From Auanema rhodensis (taxonomy: Eukaryota; Animalia; Nematoda), in NCBI GenBank assembly GCA_964057225.1, contig OZ059897.1:12772001-12836000 (forward strand): a stretch of DNA of 64,000 nt, written 5' to 3'. The position numbers were made by a program, and so were the translations under genes. This document shows positions 1 to 12,330 of the stretch, one piece after another. Below the pieces are notes generated by a model. That model was given only the letters and a program-made list of their open reading frames with translations, ran no database searches and was not told the origin of the DNA. How positions within the stretch are numbered: the first letter of the stretch is position 1; the number at the start of each line of letters is the position of its first letter.

Positions 1-3000
1 TTCTCCAGCAAATGGACCTGTCCATCAATGTTTTATACTTAAATATTTATTTCTTTATCCTTTGTATGAAACGTTCACCCAAGATAGATCATGTAGCACA
101 GTTTATAAGCTTAATTCTTTTTCCTCTTTTCGTCAGTATAGGACATGTTACGTGTTTGAACTATCTTATCATTCATATTTTCAATATTTCTTTTCTTCTT
201 ATTATAATATTCATTGTTTTGTTTCAAATTTATATTTGTTTTTAATATGAAATATACTATATAAATATGGATTATATGTATATTTATGTACATATTTCAG
301 ATAATTAACATCAACTAGTTGTCAAATTATAGTCTTAGATATGTAGATAGCTAATATATCTTACTATGAAATAATTTAAAAAACTCTCATTGAAATTCTA
401 AAAATATTCTAACTCTTATCCATATTTGTAATCATTTTTCATAGCATTTCTAATGCTAGATACGCTTCTTTAATTCTATTATAAACATTTTATATTCTTA
501 ATTATACAAATTCTAATGTCAATTATTAGCCATTTTAACCTGATTATTTACGTTTATGTTCCTTTTTTTTCTCAAAAAACCCCAGAAGAATCCCTATTTT
601 CACAATCTTTTTTTTTGGTCAATAGTCTTTGTTATGCAATCTATACACTTCCTTTATGCTTCTGACCCTCTCTGTATTCTGAATTATACTGCTTCGTATG
701 GGCGTTCTAACTCACTTTCCTATGTTGTTCAAAAAATAATATTCTTTTTTCAAAGTTTAATAGATTGTCAACTTATTTTTCAGTTTATTGTTTTAAATAA
801 TTATTATATCTATTAATTATTTTAAATGTATTGATGGGTAGTTGCGGGCTACCATCTCAAAAAAGTAACTTTACCCTATCATTTTCTGATTTTCGAAACC
901 TAAACTAAGAAAAAAACACATACTTATGGTGACGTAAGCAAGTTGAAACTTTTTTTTCATTATTTTCAAATGATCTTTAATATCTTATCTTCCGAATTCA
1001 TACAATAGTTCGTAAATGAATATGTAATATGATGCTGCATATCTGCATATCAGTTACATGATGCCATCATCTTGCTGTACTTCTTGAAGACGTAAACTTT
1101 TGTCCTTATGCTGCAGTAGAGAGATAGTTCCAATTCAATTAGATTATTAGGCATTTTTAGTTTTGGTTTTGCGAACTTTACTCTCTTTATGACTTTCGTC
1201 TCAACAGCATCTTCGTGTTCATAGTGTGTTCATGACAGCGGAGGTCGTCCTTCTGTATCGCTTTTTGTTCTTTTAACCAATTGTTATTTTTTGGGTGCAA
1301 AACACCGCATATTATGAATTATCTTACATTTTCCTCGTATATTTTGTTTTTTTTCTTGTTTACAGCAATATACATATACACATTTGTATATATATATATT
1401 TATTTTTGTATATATATACTATATATTACCTAAATATTGAAGCAACTATCTCTAAAATTCTTTGACATTTCTAAAAGAGATAATTTAAATTCTTCATTCA
1501 GCCATCAATAATTTTTCATATTTTAGATTAATTTCATCTCTTTTTAAAACTTTTTTATACTTTTAACGTTTTCTCTTAATTAGGCGATTCGTAGAAACTT
1601 TGAAAATCTTTTTAATTAATTCGTTTTCAATATATTCTGGAAAAAACCTTTAGATTTTGAAAATATTCAAATTTAACTAACATTCCTTCATCAATTTATT
1701 TTATTTCTTTAATTTTCTTATTTTACTTCTATTATTTGCTGAAATACCAAAGGAAAAATTTAAATCTCTAACGATGTATTTCCTTTTTTTTCTTCTAATA
1801 AATCAGCTTTTTATTATTTGTTTCTTCTCCATGTTTCTTCATTTTTTTTGGCCAAAAAAACAAAAAAAATGTTTCGAATGTTTCGAATGTTAAGTCAAAC
1901 GAGACTATTTTCAAACTTTACTTTAACTAGTTTTAATGAAATTGTCACATACTCTTGCAAGAAAATACTTAAAACTCTCATTACTATGCTAACTTTCAAA
2001 GTAATTAAAACAAGATAATGAATAAGATAATTTAAAAGAAATCATTGGAAATATATTACAAAAGTTTCATGAATATCTATTATATACATATACTACTTAC
2101 TCAAATACATATGAATGTATATAAACGTTATTTCGTCGATCACCTGTCTTATTATCTTTTTTTTGTTTCCTAAATTACACACAACTGTTAGAATGTCTTC
2201 CGATCCATTATAAGTAAGTGAAAAAAAAAATTCCCTTCATCCAGAACACCTATATGTAGCTTTGAATTTGGTATATTAATGCTGTAACAATAGTTTTGAA
2301 CTTTTCACAGAACGAAAATGAACTCTGTTGGAATAAATAATTGCCAACTACTTGAGCTTTTTAGGGACGAAGAAAACAAAAAAGCATTTATAAATACTTT
2401 AATCTTTCGTATGCATAGTAACTATATTTCTTATATACGAAAAAAAAAATGAGTTGAAAAAGTACATAAAAACTAAATATTATTCATTTTTACATTTAAA
2501 TATATATTTATATATCATATATTTTATTTCTTTTTTACAATAATATTTTATTTGTTGTTATTTACATTAAATTATTATATAAATATATATAATATATATA
2601 TATATATCCTTATTACGGTTTATACATAAAAAGAAGGAAAACTGTTTATGAGCTTTCTTCAAAGCTCATCCAAATTACGCCTACAACGTTGCTCATACCC
2701 TATAACCTAGCTTTTCTTAGTTTATCTCTCTTCTCTTCTCATTTATCTTTCAGTTCCTCATTTCAGTTTGTTCATTACACTTTTTCTTTTACTCTTTAAC
2801 TAAGATGTAATTTCCTTTCATTAACATATTGCTTAAGAATCTTCATCGTTTTAAACATATTGTATGTTTCAATGAAAATAAAAGAAATCATTTGTACTTC
2901 AATATATCTCTCAGTAATTCAAACTAAAGACTATATCCAATATCTTTTTTCTTAACAATCTCTTATCTTCATGTATACACGATGTCATTTTGAAAAAAAA

Positions 3001-3931
3001 AACGTTTTCAAATGTTTTATGTTAAATCATATGTACAATGTTCTTTATTCAATTGTTAAGATGTTTATTAGCTATAAATCTATTAGTATTTTTTTGATTT
3101 AACTTTAAATCTTAACTATATACTATATGATTCATATTAATTCTTTTGGATTGCACTTCTGTCCAATAACATACATTAGTTTTAGAATTTTGATATCTTC
3201 AATTCCATTTACCCATTTTCAAAACCAAAAAATGCTGTGCATTATGAATCTGACGATCACGGGTCGATCGACAGAGGACTCGTGGCACACTCATCTCGCT
3301 TCGGTCATCCGGAGGATCCAATCGGTCCAAATGGCTTTTGTCATTTGAAATTCTATGTGTTCAACCACCTCATGCTAACCCGAAAAGCATCATCATGCTG
3401 TTCAGCTTCTTTACCATCCACCTACATCCACCCTCTCTTTTCGTATTTTTGCTTCTCTTTTTGCTTCAGAATCTTCTTTTACACAATTTTTTTTGGAATC
3501 TAGACAATATGTCATTGAAGACTTTGAGAACTTTCGCGTGTTTGGGAGACGAAATTATTATTTTTCTCACTTGCTTACTAGTCATCAGATCAATTTAAAA
3601 AAATTTATGTTTCTTTTTCTTTATTCAAGATGCTATTAAGCTTCTATTTTATTGCAAAAATTGTTTTTTTCAAAACATACAATTTATAATAAAATTATTT
3701 TATTTTCTAATATTAAATGAAATTATCTTTTTTTTTCTGTAAATTCTTATTTATATATATCATATTCTTTCTTTTTTTATTTTGTTTTTCTTATCTTTTA
3801 AGAAAAATGAAAATAAAATAAACTATGTATAATATATATATTTCTATCCGGAATATAATAATTCTTTTTTATAAATTTATTTTTATTACAGTCATCTCCA
3901 ATATAAATAATCTATCAAATTCTATCGACTC

Positions 3932-6900
3932 ATGTACCTATTCATATATTCAGGTATTTTTCTTCTTTTATATTTTATTTTTAACTTCAATCATAGATTG
4001 ATTTAAATTTTAGTTTTAAGCATTTTAACTTCAGTTTCTTTTTAATTTTAAGCTTTTCTCTTCTCATTAACATATTGTATACCAAGCCAGATCAAATTAG
4101 TTCAAGATTTATTGGATAAATATGACAAAAAAGTTTGAAAAATTAAGTTTAATGAAAGATTTATTTCTTTTTTTTCAAGGCTAAGCCTGTTTGGGACAGT
4201 TCCAGACCAATCAATGTCTCATTTTCTATGGATTTATACCAAATCCTGGAGCTTGTAAGCATATATATTTACTTTTTAGATTAGTATTTAATTCAAAACC
4301 ATTCAGAATGAACCTCAACAGTACATTTTATTAAATGCTTGGATTATTGAGGTGAGTAAATTGATTAGAAAAGTACTCAAGTCACCAGTATTTTATGCCC
4401 CAATGATTCTAATTCTTGAAACATACGAATTGCCAATTGATATGAATTATTCTCAAAGTTTTTTCGTCTACTGTTATTAGATTGAAGGTCTTACTTCATA
4501 TATTTCTCATTTCTCACAACTTATGTTCTAATAAAGGTCAGACAATTTGTTCAAAAACGTTAGAGTCTTCATGTCTACTGCCTCAGAGATACTCTGTATA
4601 TGTGCATGTTCATATGTTTCTCCCCCCCCCCTCTCCTACCACTTGTTACCTGCCTAAGGGATTCAGTCGTCAACTAGTGTGTTGGCTAGATTTTGAAACC
4701 GGAAATAAAAATAAACAGATTTACACAACACTAGAAGTCTAAAATTTGAAAAAAAAAGTTGTCGGAATATTTGAAGTGCTGTTGCTGCTCATTATTGATT
4801 TCAAGGTTCAAACAAAATGAGAAAAGTTAAGTAAAATAAATATAAAAAGATTGTTTTAAACAAAAAAAGTTTTATTATTATTCATTTAGTTAGTAATAAA
4901 TTCCAAATAATTTTTTAGCTTTTCAAATAGCTGAAAAGAAACTAAAAACTAAATGAGTTAAAGAGTACTTGTTATTCATTTAAACGTTTTAATCTTATTA
5001 TCCTAAGTACGTTTCCTCATTCGTTTGAAGAACTCTTTTAATTTATCTTAATTGACTAGTTTAGAAACCTTAAATGTATTTCTACCAGGGTTCAACTATA
5101 TAGCACACTTTCAACACAAAAAAAATTGAACTTCTTGTTTGACGTTTAAGTTTGATCGACATTTTCTTAAACATTTTCAAAACATTTTGGTTTTTAATTT
5201 CAAAAAAACAAAAATGTTAGTTGATAGCTTAAAACTAACAAGATAAACAATTCTATTGTAGTCATGTATATCCAATATCTTTGACACCTTTGAAACGTTT
5301 CAATTACGTAAATTTAAATATTTGTTGCAGAGGTGGTATGATGAATTTCTATTTTGGCTACCAGAAGATTACTCAAATATTACTGAATTACGTCTTCCTC
5401 ATGATTCAATCTGGCTACCAGATACAACACTTTATAATTCGTAACATTTCAAATTAATTTATTCATTTACAAACTTGAACTTTTCAGATTAGTGATGAAG
5501 GATGATGATACTAGACGCCTTCTTAATGCCAAGTTGTCAACTGAGAGAACACGTCGAGCAGCTCTCATTGAACTTCTTTATCCAACCATTTACAAGTTTT
5601 CTTGTCTTCTTGATCTTCGATTCTTTCCATTTGATGTTCAAGTAAGTTAAGAACAACCGTTATAAGGTTAAAATCTTTTTTTTTAACTTCAAGGTATGTA
5701 CTATGACATTTTCTTCATGGACCTACGATAAAATGGGCATTGACTATTTTCCTTATTCTGAAAAAATTGGAACTTCAAATTATTTAGAAAACGAAGGATG
5801 GTATATTTTAAAAACGAAAGGTTAATTATTTCATTTTCTTTTCTTTCATTTTTTTTTAAACATTTTGAATAATACTAAATATATTCAGTGGCACGTAATG
5901 AAGTCAAGTATAGCTGTTGTCCAAATAAATATACTTTATTACAATTAACCTTGTATCTAAGACGTAAACCTTTATTCTACTTAGTTAACTTAATTATTCC
6001 AACATCAATTATAACATTAATTGCTATTGTTGGATTTTTTACGTAAGTTTTTTTCATTCAGATTTTCTAATTTTCAAATAATATTTTAGTACGTCATCAG
6101 CTTCGGGAATGAGAGAAGAGAAGGTATCCTTGGGTATAACAACCTTATTGTCTATGTCTATCTTGATGTTAATGGTTTCCGATCAAATGCCTACCACATC
6201 TACATTTATACCTCTTATTGGTATTATTTACATTTTGAAATATTATTTCTTTTTCTTAACTATATTGTATAATTAAGGTTGGTTTATATTGGCTATGATT
6301 ATTGTCATATCCCTTGGTACTATTGTTTCATCTATAATCATTGCTATACAAAAGCGTGGAAGTTTAGGAGAGCGATTATCGAAAAAAGCTTTAAAGTACA
6401 ACAAAGTTCTTTAAAATTGTCTTATTTTTTTCCTTAAAGGGTTGCCAAAATTGTTGCCTATATTACATGTACGTCTTTACCTCCTCATGTTGAAAAAGAG
6501 CAACTTATGGAAGCATTTGATGCTCCAACACCAAATGTTGAAGTCAGACCATTGAAGAGTTTAGAATCCAAAAAATGGATGAGTTTAAGGTATATCTTGT
6601 TTTCAACATTCTATTCTTTCTCAACAAAATAATTTAAAGAAAAGCCAAAAATGGTGTATCAGTGGTTTGCGATAAGAGTACCGATCCACTAATTCACATG
6701 ACTCCATCCAATACAGGTTAGTTAGTTCCGTGTTTTTTCTTTATTTTTGAAAAATTTTAAATTCATTCTTTTAAACCATATACATTTTTTTCACAGTTAT
6801 GAACAGCTATAGCTTCAACTAAGTAAAAACTCTTTGTTCTTATTATTTGCCTCCTTCCGTTTTTAAAGGAGAAAATTACAGCTGGTTCTTTCATTTTTTC

Positions 6901-7844
6901 CCCTATTCAGTTTTGTTTTCAAGCCTTATATCTTAGCGAAGTTCAATCCACATGTTATCTCATGTGTTTTGTCACTTCTAAGCTCTTTGGTCTTAAGACT
7001 TAGGCTTGTTTTCGTTTTGTAGGTCTTAATATGCAATTCTCTTGTTTGCTACCTGAATAGATAATTCAAATCTGTTATATTTCTTGCTTTGCTCTCATGT
7101 TCTGGTTTACCTTTATTCTAATAGTATTTTTTTCACTTCATTCTTCTTTTTTTTTCTATTTTTTTGAAATTGAGAAGAAAATATGGTGATCTTAATCAAA
7201 TATATATAGATATATCAAATTATTAAAAACTATGTATGTATCTTAGTTAGTTGAATTTCAAAGTATACACACTGTCATTAGTTTTTTATTCATTTTATGA
7301 ACTCTCTTTTTATTTTCTTTCTTTTTGTTTTGTTTTATTTTTACCTTTTCAGATGATGTCATTAGTCACGGCAATACACCTGTAGCACCAATTCCAATTT
7401 GTGAAGACGAGGTAATATTCTGCAAAACTTTTACATATTCTGGTGTTTCAATGTTTTCAAAAAATATATTTTGTCCTTTAGATTTCATTGGCTAGTGATT
7501 ACTCTTCAAAACAGCCTACAAGTCGTTTTCCTAGACCTTTCCCTAGCCGCACATCATATCCTACTATGCAAGGTTTCTAATTATATTTCTTAAATTATAA
7601 TGAATAAAATTAAAATTTTTCAGCTTCGATTAAACATAACAAACAGTTAGCAACTGCTGAGTTTGAATGGTTGGCTACGGTTGTTGAAAGGTATGATTTT
7701 TTCAATTTTTGTTTTCTTATTTGAAGTTTTAGAGCATGCTTCGTTATATTTGTTTTGTTCTTCCTTATAATTACTGTTGGAATTAATGTAATTGGGTTTT
7801 ATCATTGGTATCAAGCAGGGATACTGTATGGTGGTTCTGACTAA
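3932..7844 (+). CDS. des-2: Nicotinic acetylcholine receptor alpha subunit DES-2 (DEG-3 subfamily), 16 exons
   Basis: Spliced translation MYLFIYSAFLFSLTYCIPSQIKLVQDLLDKYDKKAKPVWDSSRPINVSFSMDLYQILELNEPQQYILLNAWIIERW... It has the Cys loop CLLDLRFFPFDVQVC, loop C YSCC, TM1-3 (PLFYLVNLIIPTSIITLIAIVGFF; REEKVSLGITTLLSMSILMLMVSDQMPTTS) and a TM4 region EFEWLATVVER...HWYQAGILYGGSD*. Near-identical to C. elegans DES-2 as recalled. All introns GT-AG and phase-consistent. Confidence 0.95.
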
Positions 7845-8383
7845 AAAAAAGAAGTTATATTACCAAAAGCTTCAAAAGCTTATTTTTCATCTCTCTGGGA
7901 GATTTTATTCTCATAATACAATTTTTATTAGTTTATACATTAAAATACTTCATTTTCACAAAAAAAAGTTAATTGTTCCACTTTCGCCAGACGAAAAAAA
8001 TGAAGAAAATGAAACATAAAGATTATTTTCTTTTACAAATGTTCTAAGCATAATTTATTCAAAGTTCAAGTAATTGAAAAAGAAAAAAACAAATTTTTAA
8101 AAGTCAAATTCTTCAGAAACCTGAATAGCTTCTATTTATGGAAAGTTTCTTTCTCTGTTGTATATTTTACTTGTCAACTGTTTTAGGAATCATTATGTCT
8201 GATTTATCACAAATATCCAAGTTGCTCTTACATCCATTCTTTTTCTTCATCTTCTTCAATTTTCCTATTTTCTTGTTTTAAAATTATATTATATTTTACA
8301 TATATATTTTTCAAAATTTGTGCTTAAAAGTTTAGTAAAAACCATGGGATATGAGCAAACTATTCATCCTTTTGCCTTGATCT

Positions 8384-8507
8384 AATAAATTGCTTTAATT
8401 CGTTTTTTTTTATAAATATATCATTAAGTATGAGTTTTTAGGCTCAATTATTATTTTTTATTATTTTTTGTTCTAAATCGTATTAACTATGCCTTAATCT
8501 GATTCAG
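8384..8507 (+). promoter_or_regulatory. Putative operon intercistronic region (des-2 poly(A) signal, U-rich tract, trans-splice acceptor for deg-3)
   Basis: AATAAA at 8384-8389, a T-rich run at about 8394-8412, and candidate acceptors TTTTAG (8441) and ATTCAG (8507) ahead of the deg-3 ATG at 8559. des-2/deg-3 is a known operon in C. elegans. Confidence 0.6.
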
Positions 8508-8558
8508 TATATCACCGTATTTATGGTGCTCGAATGAGAAGAAGAACATTAGCTCAAG

Positions 8559-11500
8559 ATGGTATTCATTACATTACTATTGTTAATGTCATATGGAACG
8601 GCAGAAGATAGTAGTTAGTTTTATATAATTTATTAATTTATTTTAATAAATTAAATAGTTTATAATTTATATTTTTCATAATATTATTTAGTTGTATCGC
8701 TATTAACAAATCAGACTACTCCTTCAATAACTTCTACCTATAACTATACTACACAAAACATAGAAAATATTCCACATATTCGCTTGACCAGAGACCTGCT
8801 TGCTAGGGACAGGTACACAATTTTAAATATTCATGTAAATTTTCCTTTTTTTTCTGTCATTTTTGTTACCTCTATTGTAAAAAAAAAAAGCTGATGATGA
8901 ATGAGAGCAACCACTTTATTTTGTTTTTACGCGTGAAATACTATTCACGTGTATTTCACGTGTGTCATTCAAGCTGGAAAACTCTTGATGACGATTTGTT
9001 TCTCTACCATCACAAATATGAATTTCGAATAGAGTAATAATAAAAATTGAGGGAAAAAAAGGAAAATATGCACATGAACCTGTCGATACAATAGATTTAT
9101 TCTTTTCTAATTTTTAGAGGTATTTCCAGATATGATGTGCGAGTGAGACCAATATTAGATCATACCAAGACTTTAAAGGTCCACATAAGCATGTCATTAT
9201 ATCAAATAATTGAAGTGGTTAGTTTGATAAATATATATAATCTTTTTGATTGACTAGATGTGGTATAGCTAGAGAAATTCAAACATTATAATTCAAATTA
9301 AGGATGAGCCTGCTCAAAATATTAAATTGAATGTTTGGATGATCCAACGTTGGACAGATGAATATCTTCAATGGGATCCTCGCGAATATGGTAAGATATA
9401 CATAAGTAATTATAATTAAATAACTTAAAAAAATAATATAATATATAATATATATTTATATATTTAGGAATGATAAATGAAACAATTATTCCACATGAAT
9501 ATTTATGGATACCAGATACTTATCTATATAATAGGTATTAAAATAAAAATAACGTTTAAATAATAATATAATTATTGTTTTTTATTATAATTAATTAAAA
9601 AGTAATTAATTAATTTAGTGTCAAAATGAGTCGGGATGAGACAGAAAGATACATGAACATTCAAGTTAGTTCAAATCATTGGAAAGGTTTGAATGGATCA
9701 GAATTATCATTTCTATATCCTGCTATATACACTATAACATGTCGTTTAAATATACGGTAAAAATAAACTAAATAATTTGTCAAAGATAATTATTTATTCA
9801 AAACTATTATAGATTTTTTCCATATGATCGACAAAATTGTACTTTAACTATATCTAGTTGGACTAATTCTAAATCAGCACTTGATTACTATGCTGATCCA
9901 GAAGTAAGTACATTTCCATTTTTTTCTCCTAAAATTTCTATGAATTTCAGGTAAACCTAGCTTCATTCATATCCAATGAGGAATGGGATGTGAAATCATT
10001 CAAAATTTATCGACACGAGGTACATTAAGACCATTTTGATGAAACCAATTTGGGGACAAAAAAAAAAATTTTTTTTTCTCAAATTATATTTTTCAGTACA
10101 AATATGCTTGTTGTGCAGAGCCTTGGGTTATTCTCCAAGCTTCTCTTGTTATTCAAAGAAAACCTTTATACTATATTGTGAACCTTATTATACCAACATC
10201 TATTATAACAATTGTTTCAATTACGGGATTTTTCACACCAGCAAGTACTGACGATGATCGTACCGAAAAGATTAATTTAGGTTTGAATATATATATAATG
10301 AATAAATAACTATATTATAATAATTATTGTTTAGGTATTACGACACTTCTGGCCATGTCTATCTTGATGTTAATGGTATCTGATCAAATGCCAACAACTA
10401 GTGAATTTGTTCCTCTTATAGGTAAGTTAATATGAAGTGTTTGTTTTCTTTTTTTTTACCAAGTTCAATTCATAATCAATTTTTTTTTCAAAATAATACC
10501 ATTTCAGCATGGTTTTATCTTTCCATTATTATAATAGTATCTATAGGAACATTCTTAACTAGTGTTGTACTATCTATACAAGGTATAATTATTTTAAATA
10601 TTTTATTTTATATTTTTAAAAAATAATTATTTAGGTCGACGTCAATATGGTCGTTGTCCACCTAATTACATTAGATATATTTTCTTTGCCGTATTTCCGC
10701 AACTACTATGTCTCAATGTACCACCATCACTTCAACAGCTATGGTCTGAACTTGATGTAATTTTCAAATATTCGTTTAATAGAAATGTAATTTTATTGTT
10801 TAGGATGATCCATTAAATGTATGGAAACGTCGTAAACTTCCTAGCCCTCCTTCAAAGAGGGGTGAAATTTCAAAATTAGCGTCAGGAATGATTAGTACTG
10901 ATTCGTTCAAGCAACAGTTGTCTCCAATGTCACCGTATCGTTAAAGTTGAAACAATAAAACCAATATTTTTCATTTTCAGTAACACCTTGCGCGTTCCAA
11001 GTACTGCCGGTTTTGGAGGATTCGGCCTTTTAGGGGATAATTCAATTCAGATGATTGATTTATCCCTTCCGGCATCACCTTCATCTTTACAGTCTCGTGC
11101 GCCCTCAATATCGATAGAGAAAAAAGTCCCGACACTATGGGATGGAACAATGTCGGCTTTAGCTGGTAAGTTTCTCTTCGGAAGTAAAAATGTCGGCATA
11201 TATTCCCTTGAGGTGTCTGAAAAGCTTTTGAAAAAAAAGTTTAAATCATATCGTTACACATATTGAGAATCAAAGCAAAATATGTTTTCTATATCAAAGA
11301 AACGACTTAGAAGCTATCAACATCAATATTTTTTTTGTTTTTTTGGCGGCGATGTCTTTGACTTAATCTAGCAAGATATTCAAGACTAGTTGCCACCGGT
11401 ATCAATTGTTGCCTGAAAGATAGATGAGAGTCCTTTAACGAGATCAGTGCTCTTCGGCATTGTGACATCGCGAAGCTGAACGATACATAGATAGATTTTT

Positions 11501-12023
11501 GTTTCTGATTAATAGTTTTTTCCTCTGACTATGAAATATTTCAAAGAGCAAGAACATCAATGTTTAACGAAATTCAGCTAAACTATTCAGAAAAAATGAC
11601 AAATTACGTCTGTCAAAAATAGAAGTACTGCTTTAAGTTCAAGCCCATTCATAGAAGAGAAGAATTTTTGATTGAGTTTTTCAAATTGTGTTTTACAGGT
11701 ACAAACAATCATCTTCGTCGAACATCAGCTGTTTACTCTAAGGAAATGGATAATATGAGAAAGAAACGACAATGTTCGTTGGAGTGGGAATTTTTGGCTA
11801 CAATACTCGATCGGTAACTTTCTTTCATCAATCTTTCAATAAATTGAATTGTTTTAAAGGTTTTTGTTAATTCTATTTATCAGTGCAGTTGTTGTAATAA
11901 CAGCTGGATTAGTTGTTGTTGGCAAAATGGCTCAGTATAGTTACGATCATCCAGACTATTCATTTTTCGGTAAGAAACATTTTGTCTTTTGACATAAAGT
12001 AAATCTGTACTATTTCAGATTAA
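8559..12023 (+). CDS. deg-3: Nicotinic acetylcholine receptor alpha subunit DEG-3, 17 exons
   Basis: Signal peptide MVFITLLLLMSYGTA, then HIRLTRDLLARDRYDVRVRPILDHTKTLKVHISMSLYQIIEV, Cys loop CRLNIRFFPYDRQNC, loop C YKYACCAEPW, TM2 RTEKINLGITTLLAMSILMLMVSDQMPTTSEF and TM4 region LEWEFLATILDR. The last exon carries only 5 coding nt (12019-12023). Confidence 0.95.
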
Positions 12024-12222
12024 GCAGGAAAAAGAGAAGAAAGTGCTAATGCTATTTCAAAAGATGCCCAAGCTGACATAATGGAAATTAACAGGAATGT
12101 TGCTCATTTGAAGTTTTTAATGAAAGCTTTTAAATATTTTCTAAACTTTTCTTGCCTTTATTGTATTTAACGCTAGTTTAAAATAATATTTCATATTGCT
12201 GAGATTCTACTCTACTCTTCTT

Positions 12223-12225
<3 letters not shown>

Positions 12226-12293
<68 letters not shown>

Positions 12294-12330
12294 CTTCTCT
12301 CTCTCACTCTCTCTCTCTCTCTTTCTCTCT
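12226..12330. repeat. (CT)n microsatellite in or after the deg-3 3' UTR
   Basis: About 100 bp of imperfect CT dinucleotide repeat. Confidence 0.95.

Noticed and set aside
3232-3598. Overlapping short ORFs upstream of des-2
   Set aside because: No splice link to des-2 and no homology; probably promoter sequence. A POU-like TGCATTATGAAT at about 3238 is too weak to call.
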